Below, in pieces: positions 47,685-58,246 of a stretch of 64,000 bases of DNA. The notes below the pieces were generated by a model. The model had not been told where the DNA came from and made no database searches. It saw nothing but the letters and a program-made list of their open reading frames with translations. Each line of letters starts with the position of its first letter. The first letter of the stretch is position 1. The stretch covers positions 232,197 to 296,196 of the forward strand of contig CAMFLR010000002.1 of assembly GCA_945957605.1 (NCBI GenBank), written 5' to 3'. The stretch is from an uncultured Isosphaeraceae bacterium (lineage in GTDB: Bacteria > Planctomycetota > Planctomycetia > Isosphaerales > Isosphaeraceae). The position numbers and the translations under genes are program-made.

Positions 47685-48683
47685 TCAATGCACGCGAAGC
47701 GCAACACCAATTCCCGTCGCGCCAAAGCCGTTGCCGTTGTAGAAGAGATGGTTTCCGTGAAATGCTGCATAAGTCATCATTACGGAATCCCAACCGCTAC
47801 TCGCGCGCTCGAGACCAATCTCATCGTTGCGAATTTCCCACGACAATCCGTCCGCAGAATCCGCAAATCCAAACCGATAAGCATGGTTCGCGTCATCGCG
47901 ATAACCCGCGCGGCCGCGGAACGAGAAAATCATGCGATATTGCGCTCCTTCGCGCCAGACCATCGGCCACGCAATCGCATCGCCACCAGCGAACGTGTCG
48001 ATACAAACATGTGGCGTTCGCCGCCACGAAAGGCCATCACGCGACTCGGCGTGATGAATTCGATAAAGCGGTTCAAGTCGTCCCTCGAAGCTCTGCCACC
48101 CCAGGCCGCCGCAATACCACATTCGGTAACGATCGCCATCGCGAATGACACATGGCGAAGTGCAAAGATATGGTTCATCGATGGATCTATCCATCACCGG
48201 CCCTGCCAGTTTGGTCCAGGTCCGACCGTCTTCAGATCGTGCGCAACCAATTGAGAGATGATATGGGACTGAGTGCAACCGATTCCAACCGATGAGGTAC
48301 ATTAGCTTGCCGTTATCAGTATCAACAACGCAGCGTGCGGCGTGACCATCGGCATCGAACGTTCCAGGCAGCCCTGCTTCAAGCAACGGCTGATCAAAGG
48401 TCGCGATGACATTGAGAGGATCGCCCGAATTGAGGGTTACATAGGAAGTATAAGATTTCCCCTGCTCATTGCGCCGCGAAAAGTAGAGTCGCACCTTACC
48501 GTCAACCTCATCCACGGTGGGATAGGCGGCATGTTCGGTGATGACGCGACCCAGCTTCCGCCACTGCATTCGAAACATTCCTCCTAATCGAGCAAGAGTC
48601 CAATCAGAAATCGAGTGCGTGACTCGGGACATCACTCTTGCGAGCGGGATTACCCTTGTAGACGCCCCACTCCTCTGTATCAC
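47685..48683 (-). CDS. Beta-propeller glycosidase/glycosylase-like protein (GH43/GH130-like), putative
   Basis: ..CTSPCVIRDGDRYRMWYCG.., ..WPMVWREGAQYRMIFSF.. is a repeated hydrophobic-x-x-D/E-G pattern typical of 5-bladed propellers. Tentative. Confidence 0.5.
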   Translation of the reverse strand: MIQRSGASTRVIPLARVMSRVTHSISDWTLARLGGMFRMQWRKLGRVITEHAAYPTVDEVDGKVRLYFSRRNEQGKSYTSYVTLNSGDPLNVIATFDQPLLEAGLPGTFDADGHAARCVVDTDNGKLMYLIGWNRLHSVPYHLSIGCARSEDGRTWTKLAGPVMDRSIDEPYLCTSPCVIRDGDRYRMWYCGGLGWQSFEGRLEPLYRIHHAESRDGLSWRRTPHVCIDTFAGGDAIAWPMVWREGAQYRMIFSFRGRAGYRDDANHAYRFGFADSADGLSWEIRNDEIGLERASSGWDSVMMTYAAFHGNHLFYNGNGFGATGIGVALRVH

Positions 48684-49266
48684 GTGTCACACACGCCGCC
48701 ATCGCGACCAGCGAACCGGTTGAAATGGTGAGGCCATCGCGAATCGTCGCATTCACCCCAAAGAATGAATGCGAACCAACTGTGCAGTGTCCCGAGAGCA
48801 CGACATGTGACGTGAAGAACACATGGTCGCCAATGACACTATGATGGCCGATGTGATTGCCGCTCCAAAGCACAACGTTGTTGCCGATCTTTACGAATGG
48901 CTGAATTGTGTTGTCTTCGAGAATGAAGCAGTTCTCACCAACTTCCAGCCCGGGAAACGTGGTCGCCTTACTGCTAACATAGCTGATGAATTCGAACCCC
49001 TTCGCCCTGGCCCGGTTCACCGTTTCCTCGCGCACCCGATTCATTTTCCTGTGCGACATCGGAGCGAAAAAGCGATGATCGCTTGGCGAGAACCGGTCAG
49101 CAAGATCGTCGAAGGCGACCACCGGCAATCCTTCGAATTGCCCGCTTTCCGGCAAGAATTCACGATCGACGGTGAATGCCACGACCTCGTGGGGGCTATC
49201 GTGCCGAAGGTAAAAGTGGGCGAGGGACGCGAAGTCCTTCACACCGAAGATCACGACCTTGGCCAT
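48604..49266 (-). CDS. Sugar N/O-acetyltransferase, NeuD/PglD-like (left-handed beta-helix, hexapeptide repeats)
   Basis: An N-terminal Rossmann-like region is followed by a hexapeptide-repeat beta-helix (..VGENCFILEDNTIQPFVKIGNNVVLWSGNHIGHHSVIGDHVFFTSHVVLSGHCTVGSHSFFGVNATI..). Confidence 0.8.
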   Translation of the reverse strand: MAKVVIFGVKDFASLAHFYLRHDSPHEVVAFTVDREFLPESGQFEGLPVVAFDDLADRFSPSDHRFFAPMSHRKMNRVREETVNRARAKGFEFISYVSSKATTFPGLEVGENCFILEDNTIQPFVKIGNNVVLWSGNHIGHHSVIGDHVFFTSHVVLSGHCTVGSHSFFGVNATIRDGLTISTGSLVAMAACVTRDTEEWGVYKGNPARKSDVPSHALDF

Positions 49267-49994
49267 CGCGTGGGCTCCCGATAGACATAGGTGGTGTACT
49301 CGTATAGGCCGTAATCGTTTCGGATCACGTAATGGCGCGAAAGCCGAGAGGTAAGAATCCCTGCAAGTGTATCGAGCGGAACATGAAACAGGTCGCTGCG
49401 CTCCCAGTCGACGTGCTTGGACATCACATTGAAGGCAATTCCAACCTTCGCCATCGCGAAGATCTTTTCAAGCATCGCCTCAAAGTATGAAAGCATCGCC
49501 TCGTACGGCATCTCGCGCTTTTCGGTGAATACCCCGTTTGCAACAACATAGTCAAATTGCGGGATAGCTGTTTGGCGGTCTTCAAGGACATCCGTGCAAT
49601 GAAACTCGACATCAGGATGCTTGGTACGGCAAAGAGCGACGAACTTGTCCGATGCATCAAGTCCTGTATATTGAATATGATCTAATCCGCCGCGCTGTAT
49701 GTAGTCCAGGAGATGACCTGCTCCACAGCCGAAGTCGAGCAGACTAACGGGACTGCTGCTTGCATCATGACCGGTGTTGATCACGTCGAGCATCACCGAG
49801 TAGCGTACCTTGGCATCTTCAGGCCGTGGCCAGTCGACGCCGCGGTGTGTATCTCCGTGAAGCGCGAGGCACGATTCATAGTGCTCGACAATGTGCCGAT
49901 AAGTGGTGTCAGCCATCGCGTGATATCCCCTGAGCTGACGAGGCAATCGTCGAGAGCTCGACGGATCGATAGGCGGGGAAATATGAAGCCCCAC
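49251..49994 (-). CDS. Class I SAM-dependent methyltransferase
   Basis: Motif I LLDFGCGAGHLLDY; motif post-I TGLDASDKF. Confidence 0.75.
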   Translation of the reverse strand: MGLHISPPIDPSSSRRLPRQLRGYHAMADTTYRHIVEHYESCLALHGDTHRGVDWPRPEDAKVRYSVMLDVINTGHDASSSPVSLLDFGCGAGHLLDYIQRGGLDHIQYTGLDASDKFVALCRTKHPDVEFHCTDVLEDRQTAIPQFDYVVANGVFTEKREMPYEAMLSYFEAMLEKIFAMAKVGIAFNVMSKHVDWERSDLFHVPLDTLAGILTSRLSRHYVIRNDYGLYEYTTYVYREPTRWPRS

Positions 49995-50877
49995 GCGTCC
50001 CCGTCTCCTTCACGATCTGCTCGTAGGCATCACGCTGGAAGATATGGCGGCAGAGGTAGGCTGTTCGAGATCCGGTTGCCCAGCCCTCTTTGAACCGATC
50101 AAGCCCCCCTGCTCCAGAGCCGATGCCCGCTCCCGCCCCCAGATCAAGCCAGCCCACTTTACCCCTAAACCAGGAGATAGCTTCCCAGAAGAGAGCGAAG
50201 GACACTTTGAGCTCATATCCCTTAGTGCTATAGGCGCCCAAATGATAATAAGCTATGTTGTTCTGGACATACCAAAGCAACATACCAGTGGTTACTCCAT
50301 CAACTTCCGCGCGAAATGCAATGAGACCTGGAACTCTAAACTGGCGCTCAAACGATTGCCTCGAGAATGCGGCGATCCCTTGAATATCGTGGCGAATCCT
50401 GAGCACGTCGTACATTTCTTCCCAGTCGTCGAGGAAGAGTTCGGGCTCGCCTATCTGCTCAACGGTAACCGACTCAAGGGCCTTGAACGCATTCCGCTTG
50501 TGGTGGCGAGAAACGAATTCGTCGATAGAGTGGCCGAGCTCAACAATGTGATGACGCTTGAACGCCGTAACACCCGCGTTGAAGAGCTGGTCCAGGTGTC
50601 CAAAATCAGGCGAGCTAAACGGATCGGTCACGAGCACCAAGCTGACGAGGCCGTCTTGCAGATCTTCAAGGTCTGCCGCGAAGCCTTTCCAGCTTGAACA
50701 GACGAACAGTGGATAAAGCCCCGCCGCATCGTGTTGAGCGAATCCGGGGATCGAACGATCGAGAATCCAGCCCTCGCAATGCTGTAATTGCCGAGGCTGA
50801 CCGAATTCCGATAGCGCTTGAGCGTATTCGCGGCTGAAATAACCCGTCATGAGGCGAAGGCTTATCGCATTCCACAA
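49909..50877 (-). CDS. GNAT/FemAB-like acyl- or aminoacyl-transferase family protein
   Basis: A 322-aa protein at the head of the minus-strand operon. The family assignment rests on overall architecture and is tentative. Confidence 0.5.
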   Translation of the reverse strand: MWNAISLRLMTGYFSREYAQALSEFGQPRQLQHCEGWILDRSIPGFAQHDAAGLYPLFVCSSWKGFAADLEDLQDGLVSLVLVTDPFSSPDFGHLDQLFNAGVTAFKRHHIVELGHSIDEFVSRHHKRNAFKALESVTVEQIGEPELFLDDWEEMYDVLRIRHDIQGIAAFSRQSFERQFRVPGLIAFRAEVDGVTTGMLLWYVQNNIAYYHLGAYSTKGYELKVSFALFWEAISWFRGKVGWLDLGAGAGIGSGAGGLDRFKEGWATGSRTAYLCRHIFQRDAYEQIVKETGTRGASYFPAYRSVELSTIASSAQGISRDG

Positions 50878-51501
50878 TATTCAGCAACCGCAAATTGTCG
50901 ACGGAGCAAAACTGCGAAGCCTGGGAGCTTTGCGAAGTTTGGCCACGATTTCTACAACATCTCATGCTATGAACGCTTTTCTGTCGCAATCTAACACCGA
51001 CACTTGAGAAATTCTTGCGATCGAATCAAGTTGTTGAAACCGCCTCAACCGAGCGAAGCGTCGTAGACCTATTACACGCGGCACCAATAAAGGTGATTGA
51101 GGTTTCAGTTTGGAAGAGACGGATATGTCCCAAGCAACCACTGCGTCCACTCCTGACAAATCGGCGATCTCGGATACGACATTTGCTGTGTGGATGCGAA
51201 CTGGACATAATCTGGCATTCCTGCAGGCTAGTTCGCCCTCGATCGCGCAACAGTTAGGGCTTAATGTCGAGTTTGAGCATTCGTCGCCGGCGGATGCCAA
51301 ATTGCTCGCGAATGTCGCCACCGCGAAGAAGGCCTCATCACGACCCGGTATTTAAGAATTGCCCCAGGCGCACGAATCGATTGGGTGGGCGGGTTGATGG
51401 GTTGGCGGTGGTACGATGAACTGTCTAGATCGGCGCGAGGGAACAAACGCGATTCTCTTCAGTGCGCTCGACGATCATCTGGAAATCGAGGACCTGGCGT
51501 C

Positions 51502-53229
51502 ATGCACGCGATAATTCGCCCGCCGGCCATTTTCGCTGCACTTGCTTGGATTATGGTCCTGCTGTTCGATACTGCCGCGGCTGAAGCGGCTGAGGATCCA
51601 TTCCGCGAGTTCGACACGTATGCCTCGGCGGCGATGAAGGACTGGCACGCGCCGGCGATGGCGGTGTCGGTCGTCAAGGACGGACGCGTGGTTTTCTCGC
51701 GTGGATACGGCATCCGCAAGTTGGGCACGAAAGCCGCTGTCGACGCTGACACCATGTTTCCGATTGCGTCGTGCACCAAGGCATTCAACGCCACTGCCCT
51801 GGCAATCTTGGTAGATGAAGGACGGCTGCGCTGGACCGACCGGGTCATCACCCACCTGCCGGAGTTCCAGCTTCACGATGACTGGATGACGCGTGAAGTA
51901 AGCATCGCGGATCTTCTCGCGCATCGCACGGGACTCGCCGATACCGACAATTTTTATGCCGATTTCACGCGTGCTGAACTGATTCAACGCATGCGATTCG
52001 TTCCGCAGGTTTCGCCGTTCCGGGTGGGCGTCCGGTACAACAACATGGGGACGATCCTGGCGGGCGAAATTGTGGAACGCGTGTCCGGAAAATCGTGGTC
52101 GGAATTTGTTCGAGACCGCGTGCTGAAGCCGCTCGAGATGACCGCGACGGTTCCGGACGTGCTCGAAATGGCCGGCGTTGAGAATGTCGCGACGCAATAT
52201 GTCGACGCTGACGACCGATTGTTGGTCGACGGTCCATTGCAAGAGGACCGCACATGGGCACTCCCGCTTACAGCCAGTGCGCGGCGCTATCGAGAAGCGA
52301 TCCGCCCTGCCGGCGCGATTTGCTCATCGGCGAACGACATGGCAAAGTTTGCAATCTTTCAGTTGGCTGAGGGCGAATTCCGCGGTCGGCGCCTCGTTAA
52401 AGCCGAGACCATTCGCGAGATGCAGACGCTTCACGCGGTCGATCCAATCAAAAACGCTCCGAAGTCTCCCATCGCTCATTGCCAAATCGCAATGGGCGCA
52501 GGGTTTGGCTGGCTCATTCGGGACTACCACGGGAAGAAGCTTGTGTCGCACTCCGGATCGACCGGCGCGATCATCGCGCTCGTGCCCGAAGAGAAATTGG
52601 GGGTGGTGGTGCTGACGAACCTGGCATCCGGCGTGCACTCGATGGTGATGTATGACATCATCGACCGCATGATCGGAGCCCCGCGTGCCTGGACCAATCG
52701 TGAGTTCATCGAGGCTGTGCTCGACGAATACGAAAAGCCGCGTGATGCTGAGAACGCTCGTCTCGACCGCGAACGTGATGTGCAGGTAAAACCGCGCGGT
52801 CCTTTGAGCCAGTACACTGGGATTTACGCGTCAGATCTCGTGGGAAAGCTGATCGTCACAGAGGTGAACGGAAGTTTGCAATTTCAGCTAGGACCGAACT
52901 GCCAGGCCACGCTTCAGCACTGGTCCGGCGATCGTTTCCGCGCGAAGTTCGTCCTTCGGTTTCCTGAAGATTGGTTCCTCTCATTCGAACGCGAACGCGA
53001 CAGCGTTGTTAAAGTGACTATTGAAAGCGTTTTTCCAAAGAGTAACGTGGGCACATTTACTCGAGTCGAGCGACATTCTTTACGCTTTATGTGCATTCAT
53101 GCTAGGTTGTGTGTCAAAGTGGCAGTGGTCGACGGATTTCTTCTTTGCCCCCTTCGTATGACTTCAACCAATCCGAAATCTCGCCGTCGCGATAATCGAT
53201 TTAACAGACGGGAGCCCGCTACGCCTTAA
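51502..53229 (+). CDS. Serine hydrolase, beta-lactamase/transpeptidase-like family (class C-like), secreted
   Basis: Internal start MHAIIRPPAIFAALAWIMVLLF at 51502. S-x-x-K motif in FPIASCTKAFNATALAIL; YxN-like region. The last ~60 residues look like low-complexity read-through (..CIHARLCVKVAVVDGFLLCPLRMTSTNPKSRRRDNRFNRREPATP); the 3' end is uncertain. Confidence 0.7.
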   Translation: MHAIIRPPAIFAALAWIMVLLFDTAAAEAAEDPFREFDTYASAAMKDWHAPAMAVSVVKDGRVVFSRGYGIRKLGTKAAVDADTMFPIASCTKAFNATALAILVDEGRLRWTDRVITHLPEFQLHDDWMTREVSIADLLAHRTGLADTDNFYADFTRAELIQRMRFVPQVSPFRVGVRYNNMGTILAGEIVERVSGKSWSEFVRDRVLKPLEMTATVPDVLEMAGVENVATQYVDADDRLLVDGPLQEDRTWALPLTASARRYREAIRPAGAICSSANDMAKFAIFQLAEGEFRGRRLVKAETIREMQTLHAVDPIKNAPKSPIAHCQIAMGAGFGWLIRDYHGKKLVSHSGSTGAIIALVPEEKLGVVVLTNLASGVHSMVMYDIIDRMIGAPRAWTNREFIEAVLDEYEKPRDAENARLDRERDVQVKPRGPLSQYTGIYASDLVGKLIVTEVNGSLQFQLGPNCQATLQHWSGDRFRAKFVLRFPEDWFLSFERERDSVVKVTIESVFPKSNVGTFTRVERHSLRFMCIHARLCVKVAVVDGFLLCPLRMTSTNPKSRRRDNRFNRREPATP

Positions 53230-53560
53230 TGTCTCGCGTCAAAGCTCGCGAGACTTATCTCACCGCCTACTCATCTGCCAAGCTCGGGCGCCCCCTGTGC
53301 GAACCGTCGCAGTCAGCACGCAGCCGGCAACCAGAGTCCTATCGGTGTTTGGATCAGTCCGTTCACTCATTTTGGCTCGTTCGGTTCACAGCGGTTAAGG
53401 TAGATCAAAAACGAGAATACCTTTGTTACAATGCCGCGGAGAATTGGTGCAGTCGACAAGCGCCGCGCCCCTCTATTCGTTCTCGATCTGACGCTTTCGA
53501 GACACACAATTCAGTCCGACTTGGCTGCATCCGGCAGCAACAACGCGTTAGAGACCATTT

Positions 53561-54481
53561 ATGGACTCGATCCACCCCGAAGGCGTGACGGCGGACTTGG
53601 CGGCACTTGATGACAAGGTGAACGCCCTTCTGCCGCCGCGCTATCAGCATTGCTACACATCGGTCTCCCCCAATTCGATGGGTTCGGCGGGGCTGAAATA
53701 CGCGTGGGACGGAAGCGTTGCGTGGGACCAAATTTGGACGACATTTTGCGATCTCGCATTGGCCGGGGGACCACCACATCGTGGACGCTTGCTCGAACCC
53801 GCGTCTGAAGCAGAGGTCGAAGCGAACTCTAAACGATGCGCTGAGGTGATCGCGGAGATTGCACGCGGTATCGCGCTGACTACCGGATTGCAACACTGTG
53901 AAGGGTACTCGCCAGGTTGGATGGGCGTGCAATGCGAATCGCCGGAACAGGCGGCCTGGTTCCAGTTCGCGGTCACGGCGGAAAATGTTTCTGCTCGGCG
54001 GCGAGACTCCGTCCTTCAACTTCCCATCGGCCCCAAGTTTTACGTTGAAAAAGAGATCAAGAACGTCATCGTCGCGTTAGCCAAGTCCAATCATTATTGG
54101 GACGGCCACCTGACCGACTCTCAGCAAACCTTGGCCGGATTGACCGTCTGGGAACCCGCAACCCCCCACGAGGCTGTCTCGGCTCGACCAGACTACGATG
54201 CGGCGATTGACGAAGTTGAAGCCGCCTTCCGATCAAAAGGGGTGCATGTTTTGCCTCGTCGATACGTCGGCTGGGTCGGCATTCGCGCGACCAGCGACGA
54301 AGATGCAGTATGGCTCTTGCGGGCGGTACTCGCCGAGCGAGTGCTCGCGCGTCGCGAGGAGAATGTCGTCTTTCTGCCGGTCGGTGCGAAGCCAGACCCA
54401 AACCAGGCGGCCAAAGTCGCGCATGCGGCCAGCGAGGCGTTGCGTTTGTGGAAGGCTTCCGTATCGGCGAAGACACTATAA
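53561..54481 (+). CDS. Hypothetical protein (306 aa)
   Basis: A long ORF with coding-like composition and no recognisable motif. Confidence 0.45.
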   Translation: MDSIHPEGVTADLAALDDKVNALLPPRYQHCYTSVSPNSMGSAGLKYAWDGSVAWDQIWTTFCDLALAGGPPHRGRLLEPASEAEVEANSKRCAEVIAEIARGIALTTGLQHCEGYSPGWMGVQCESPEQAAWFQFAVTAENVSARRRDSVLQLPIGPKFYVEKEIKNVIVALAKSNHYWDGHLTDSQQTLAGLTVWEPATPHEAVSARPDYDAAIDEVEAAFRSKGVHVLPRRYVGWVGIRATSDEDAVWLLRAVLAERVLARREENVVFLPVGAKPDPNQAAKVAHAASEALRLWKASVSAKTL

Positions 54482-54521
54482 AAAGCCCACCGCCGCGCTG
54501 GCTTCGCGCCTGATTTCGTTC

Positions 54522-55967
54522 TCAGAACGACCCGAAGATTGATCCCAAAATAATCACGGCGACGAACGAGACGATCACGCTAACGATCACCGTCATCACC
54601 ATATCGAAATAGCTCTCACGATGCGTCAGCCTGCTCACTTGCAGCACGGTCAGCACTGTACCGTTGTGGGGAAGAGCGTCGAGCGTACCCGAGCTGATCG
54701 TGGCGATGCGATGCATCAGCGAAGGGTCAATCCCGTGCTCTTGGGCCAGGCGAAGGTAAGTCTCGCCAAGGGCGTCGAGTGCGATCGCCATCCCTCCTGA
54801 GGCTGAACCAGTAAGCCCCGCGAGCAGATTCATCGCGGCGGTGAGCGATACGAGCGGCCCACCTTGAATCGACAGCACTGCATCTCGGACCCACGCGAAC
54901 GCAGGCATCGCCGCCACCACTGCGCCGAAACCGACGAGACTGCCGACCGTCAGCACCGGCAAGACTGAAGAATTTGCGCCGGCGTCCATACTCTTGCGCA
55001 GAGCGGGCAAACGACGGTAGTTCACGATCACGACCGTCAACGTTCCAAGAGCAAGTGCCACCGCAACCGACCAGATTCCTGCAACGGCGCGGATCGATGT
55101 ACTACCCCATGCCTCCTCTGCCAGGAAAGAGAAATTAAGGCGTGGGAGCACGACGAGGGACATCACGAAGTTCATGACGATCACCATCGCGAGCGGCAAG
55201 ACAGCGAGGCCGAAGGAAGGCAGGCCGTCGCCATGTTTGCCGTTCTTGATTTCCGCGGGGTCGAATTCGCCCGTGGACGAGGCGTGCTCGCGAATCTTCT
55301 CGTCGACCACCGGAGTATCGTCCGGATCGATGCCATATCCTTCCCCTGCCTTGCGTGCGGCGGCTTCGGCTCGAGCGAGCCACCACATCCCAAACGCGAG
55401 AGTGACGATCGACGCGATGATGCCGAGCCCCGGAGCTGCGAATGGCGTGGTGCCGAAATAAGGCATCGGAATCGCATTATTGATCGATGGCGATCCCGGC
55501 AGTGCAGACATCGTGAACGTGAACGCTCCCAGGCAAATCGTCGCGGGCATCAGCCGACGCGGAATGTCGGCCGCCTTGAACATTTGCTGAGCCATCGGCA
55601 CCAGCACGAAGAAGGCGACGAATACACTGACGCCACCGTAAGTCACCACGGCCGAAGCGAGCACCACCGAAAGCATGGCACGACGCGTTCCCAACCGTTC
55701 GGTGAGATAGTTCGCGATGGAGTTGATGGATCCGCTATCGTCCATGAGCTTGCCGAACAACCCGCCGAGCAGAAACAGCGGAAACCACTGCGCGACGAAT
55801 CGGGCGGCACTGCCCATGAAGGTTTGGGTCCAGTGTGCCAAAAGCGGCTGGCCCGACATCAGGGCTGCCAAGATCGCCGCCGCAGGCGCCACCAGGAGCA
55901 CGCTCCACCCTCGGAAGGCGAGCCACATGAGTAGTCCGAGCGCAAGGAAAATCCCCAGAAGCCCCAT
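54522..55967 (-). CDS. GntP-family permease (gluconate/H+ symporter-like)
   Basis: A 481-aa protein with 12-14 TMs and a central hydrophilic loop, of GntP/DsdX-like organisation (MGLLGIFLALGLLMWLAFRGWSVLLVAPAAAILAAL...). Confidence 0.7.
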   Translation of the reverse strand: MGLLGIFLALGLLMWLAFRGWSVLLVAPAAAILAALMSGQPLLAHWTQTFMGSAARFVAQWFPLFLLGGLFGKLMDDSGSINSIANYLTERLGTRRAMLSVVLASAVVTYGGVSVFVAFFVLVPMAQQMFKAADIPRRLMPATICLGAFTFTMSALPGSPSINNAIPMPYFGTTPFAAPGLGIIASIVTLAFGMWWLARAEAAARKAGEGYGIDPDDTPVVDEKIREHASSTGEFDPAEIKNGKHGDGLPSFGLAVLPLAMVIVMNFVMSLVVLPRLNFSFLAEEAWGSTSIRAVAGIWSVAVALALGTLTVVIVNYRRLPALRKSMDAGANSSVLPVLTVGSLVGFGAVVAAMPAFAWVRDAVLSIQGGPLVSLTAAMNLLAGLTGSASGGMAIALDALGETYLRLAQEHGIDPSLMHRIATISSGTLDALPHNGTVLTVLQVSRLTHRESYFDMVMTVIVSVIVSFVAVIILGSIFGSF

Positions 55968-56386
55968 GGATGCGCCCTCTATTTAAGTGGAACAAAATCG
56001 CGGTCGCAGACCAGCTTTTGCTAATGTTTCAAAACGCGACAGGCGAAAGTTTACCGCAAAGTCGATGCGTCATGTACAGCCGACAACAGATTTCCTGACC
56101 GAGATTGCAATTGACGGTATCTCGAATCGAGGTACACTTCCGCTCACCGCGCGGTGTGCACCAATGACGATGGCGTCTTGAGCGAAAAGCTGCATCCGAT
56201 CGTTGCAAACCAAGTCTCACTCCGTCTGTGCGGGACAAGAATCTGCCTGCTGATCTCACCTTTGGATTTCACAATTTCATCCATTGATACGCATTCTGAA
56301 ATTTGTCTGGTTCGCCTGTTTGATCTGAAAGAATGACTGACAACGCGAGATCGTCGTCGACGCGACTCTCGCGCGGAGAAGCGTTT

Positions 56387-58099
56387 ATGCAATTCTTCAA
56401 ACACGTATCGAAATGCTGGGCATTTTGCCTCGCATCATCGCTCGCGTGTTTGATGATTTGTTCGACGGCACACTCGCAGGCCGTCGCGCCTGGTATTCCG
56501 CCGGCCGCAGTCCCACCAGCGCCTGCACCAAAACCGCCGTCGGTCACGATCGAGCAACTCGCCGAACGACTGAATGCGATGGAGGCGGCGAATCGGCGGC
56601 TCGAAGAAGAACTGGCATCGACCAAGCGACAACATAGCGAGCAGATGAAGGAACTCCTTGACCGATTTGGAGGTCCGTCAGCGTCCCCACTTCCGGCCCC
56701 GAGTACGGATCCGCCGATCGAAAACGCGTCGAGAGCCACGCCTGCGTCCTATCGCGAGGCCTTCGATGTGCCCGAGATCGAAACGCCTGTCCCCGACTAC
56801 ACAGAAGGCCAGTTCGCCCCCAACCTTCCGCCACCTGGATTTCCACTCCCCGGCACCGGCGGTTCGAGGCCCTCGAGATCGCCGCTGAATCCCACGTTTG
56901 GACCGGGATTCGATTTTCATACAGAAGGTGGTGACTACCGTTTTCGCATTCACTATGAGTCGCAGATCGAGTCGCGCATCTGGGCGCAGCACGACCAGTT
57001 GCCGGCGAATAGCGGCATTTTCCTGCCTCGACAACGAATCTTCTTCGAAGGCAACATCACCAAGCCAATCGAGTACGAACTTGCCATCAACCGTGGCTTT
57101 GGCGCGCTCAACATTCTGAATGCCTTTATCAATTTCCACTTCGACGATCGCTTTCAATTCCGAATCGGCCGCTTTTTCACGCCCTTTGACTATGACCAGT
57201 ACGCCATTTCGAATTACTGGATGCCAACCCCGGAACGATCCATCTATACAACAAATGTCGGCCTGAATCGTCAGTTCGGCATGATGGGCTGGGGCTACCT
57301 GTTCGACAAGCGTCTCGACTATGCCGCAGGCATTTTCAACGGCTCGCGGAATTCGTTCGAGAGCCTCAACAATAATGTCGACTTCGTCACATACTTGAAT
57401 ACAAGGCCTTTCCAGAATTCCGATACTCATCCGTTTTTGCGGTTCTTGAATATCGGAACGAGTTTCGCCTACGGCTATCAGAATCAGGCGCCGGTTCCGG
57501 TGTCGTTCCGGATCGCCGGTGGTTCGCCGAGTGCCGATAATCCGGGCCCAGGCACGACTCCGTTCCTTATTCTCAATCGCGACGTCGTTGAAAGAGGCGA
57601 GCGATTGCTGGGGTCGGTCCACGCGGCATACTTCTACAAGAGTTTGTCGCTCATCAGCGAGTGGCAATACGGTTATGGTGGCTATTCCAGAACCGGCCAG
57701 CCGTTGTCGTCGCAAGTTCCCTTCTCGGGTTTTTATGTGACTGCCGGCTATTTCCTGACAGGCGAACACATCGAGCGCCGAACGCGGCTCGAACCACTTC
57801 GCCCGCTGATCCCAACGAGCCCCGACGAGAAGCGAGGCATCGGCGCCGTGGAATCAGTGGCTCGAGTCAGCCAACTGAGGCTGGGTGAAGAAATCTTCCG
57901 AGGCGGATTTGCTGACGCCAGCCTCTGGTCGAACTCGGCAACAACAACAGAACTTGGCCTGAATTGGTACTGGAATAAATACGTGAAAGTTTATACATTC
58001 TGGTTGCATGGCGATTTTGGCGATCCTGTGACATATCGACCCGGCGAACGGCAAAAAAGTGCGGATATGTTCTGGAGCCGATTCCAAATTTACTTCTAA
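56387..58099 (+). CDS. Outer-membrane porin, phosphate-selective porin O/P (OprO/OprP)-like
   Basis: Signal peptide MQFFKHVSKCWAFCLASSLACLMICSTAHSQA, a coiled-coil/Pro-rich linker, and a beta-barrel ending ..FWSRFQIYF. Confidence 0.7.
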   Translation: MQFFKHVSKCWAFCLASSLACLMICSTAHSQAVAPGIPPAAVPPAPAPKPPSVTIEQLAERLNAMEAANRRLEEELASTKRQHSEQMKELLDRFGGPSASPLPAPSTDPPIENASRATPASYREAFDVPEIETPVPDYTEGQFAPNLPPPGFPLPGTGGSRPSRSPLNPTFGPGFDFHTEGGDYRFRIHYESQIESRIWAQHDQLPANSGIFLPRQRIFFEGNITKPIEYELAINRGFGALNILNAFINFHFDDRFQFRIGRFFTPFDYDQYAISNYWMPTPERSIYTTNVGLNRQFGMMGWGYLFDKRLDYAAGIFNGSRNSFESLNNNVDFVTYLNTRPFQNSDTHPFLRFLNIGTSFAYGYQNQAPVPVSFRIAGGSPSADNPGPGTTPFLILNRDVVERGERLLGSVHAAYFYKSLSLISEWQYGYGGYSRTGQPLSSQVPFSGFYVTAGYFLTGEHIERRTRLEPLRPLIPTSPDEKRGIGAVESVARVSQLRLGEEIFRGGFADASLWSNSATTTELGLNWYWNKYVKVYTFWLHGDFGDPVTYRPGERQKSADMFWSRFQIYF

Positions 58100-58246
58100 A
58101 ACAATTGCTGAACTTTTGGCGGGCTATTCACGGGGCGTCTCGGCCTAGGTAGGCTGTGGGGGTATACGCCAAAGAAGTGCTGTGCGCCGAAGTCGGCATA
58201 ATCGCTTCAAATTGATCTCGCGCTTGCGACCATTGGAGAGTTTGAT

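Noticed and set aside
53426-54019. 197-aa minus-strand ORF
   Set aside because: It overlaps and is antisense to the 306-aa plus-strand ORF, which is the longer and more coding-like of the two.
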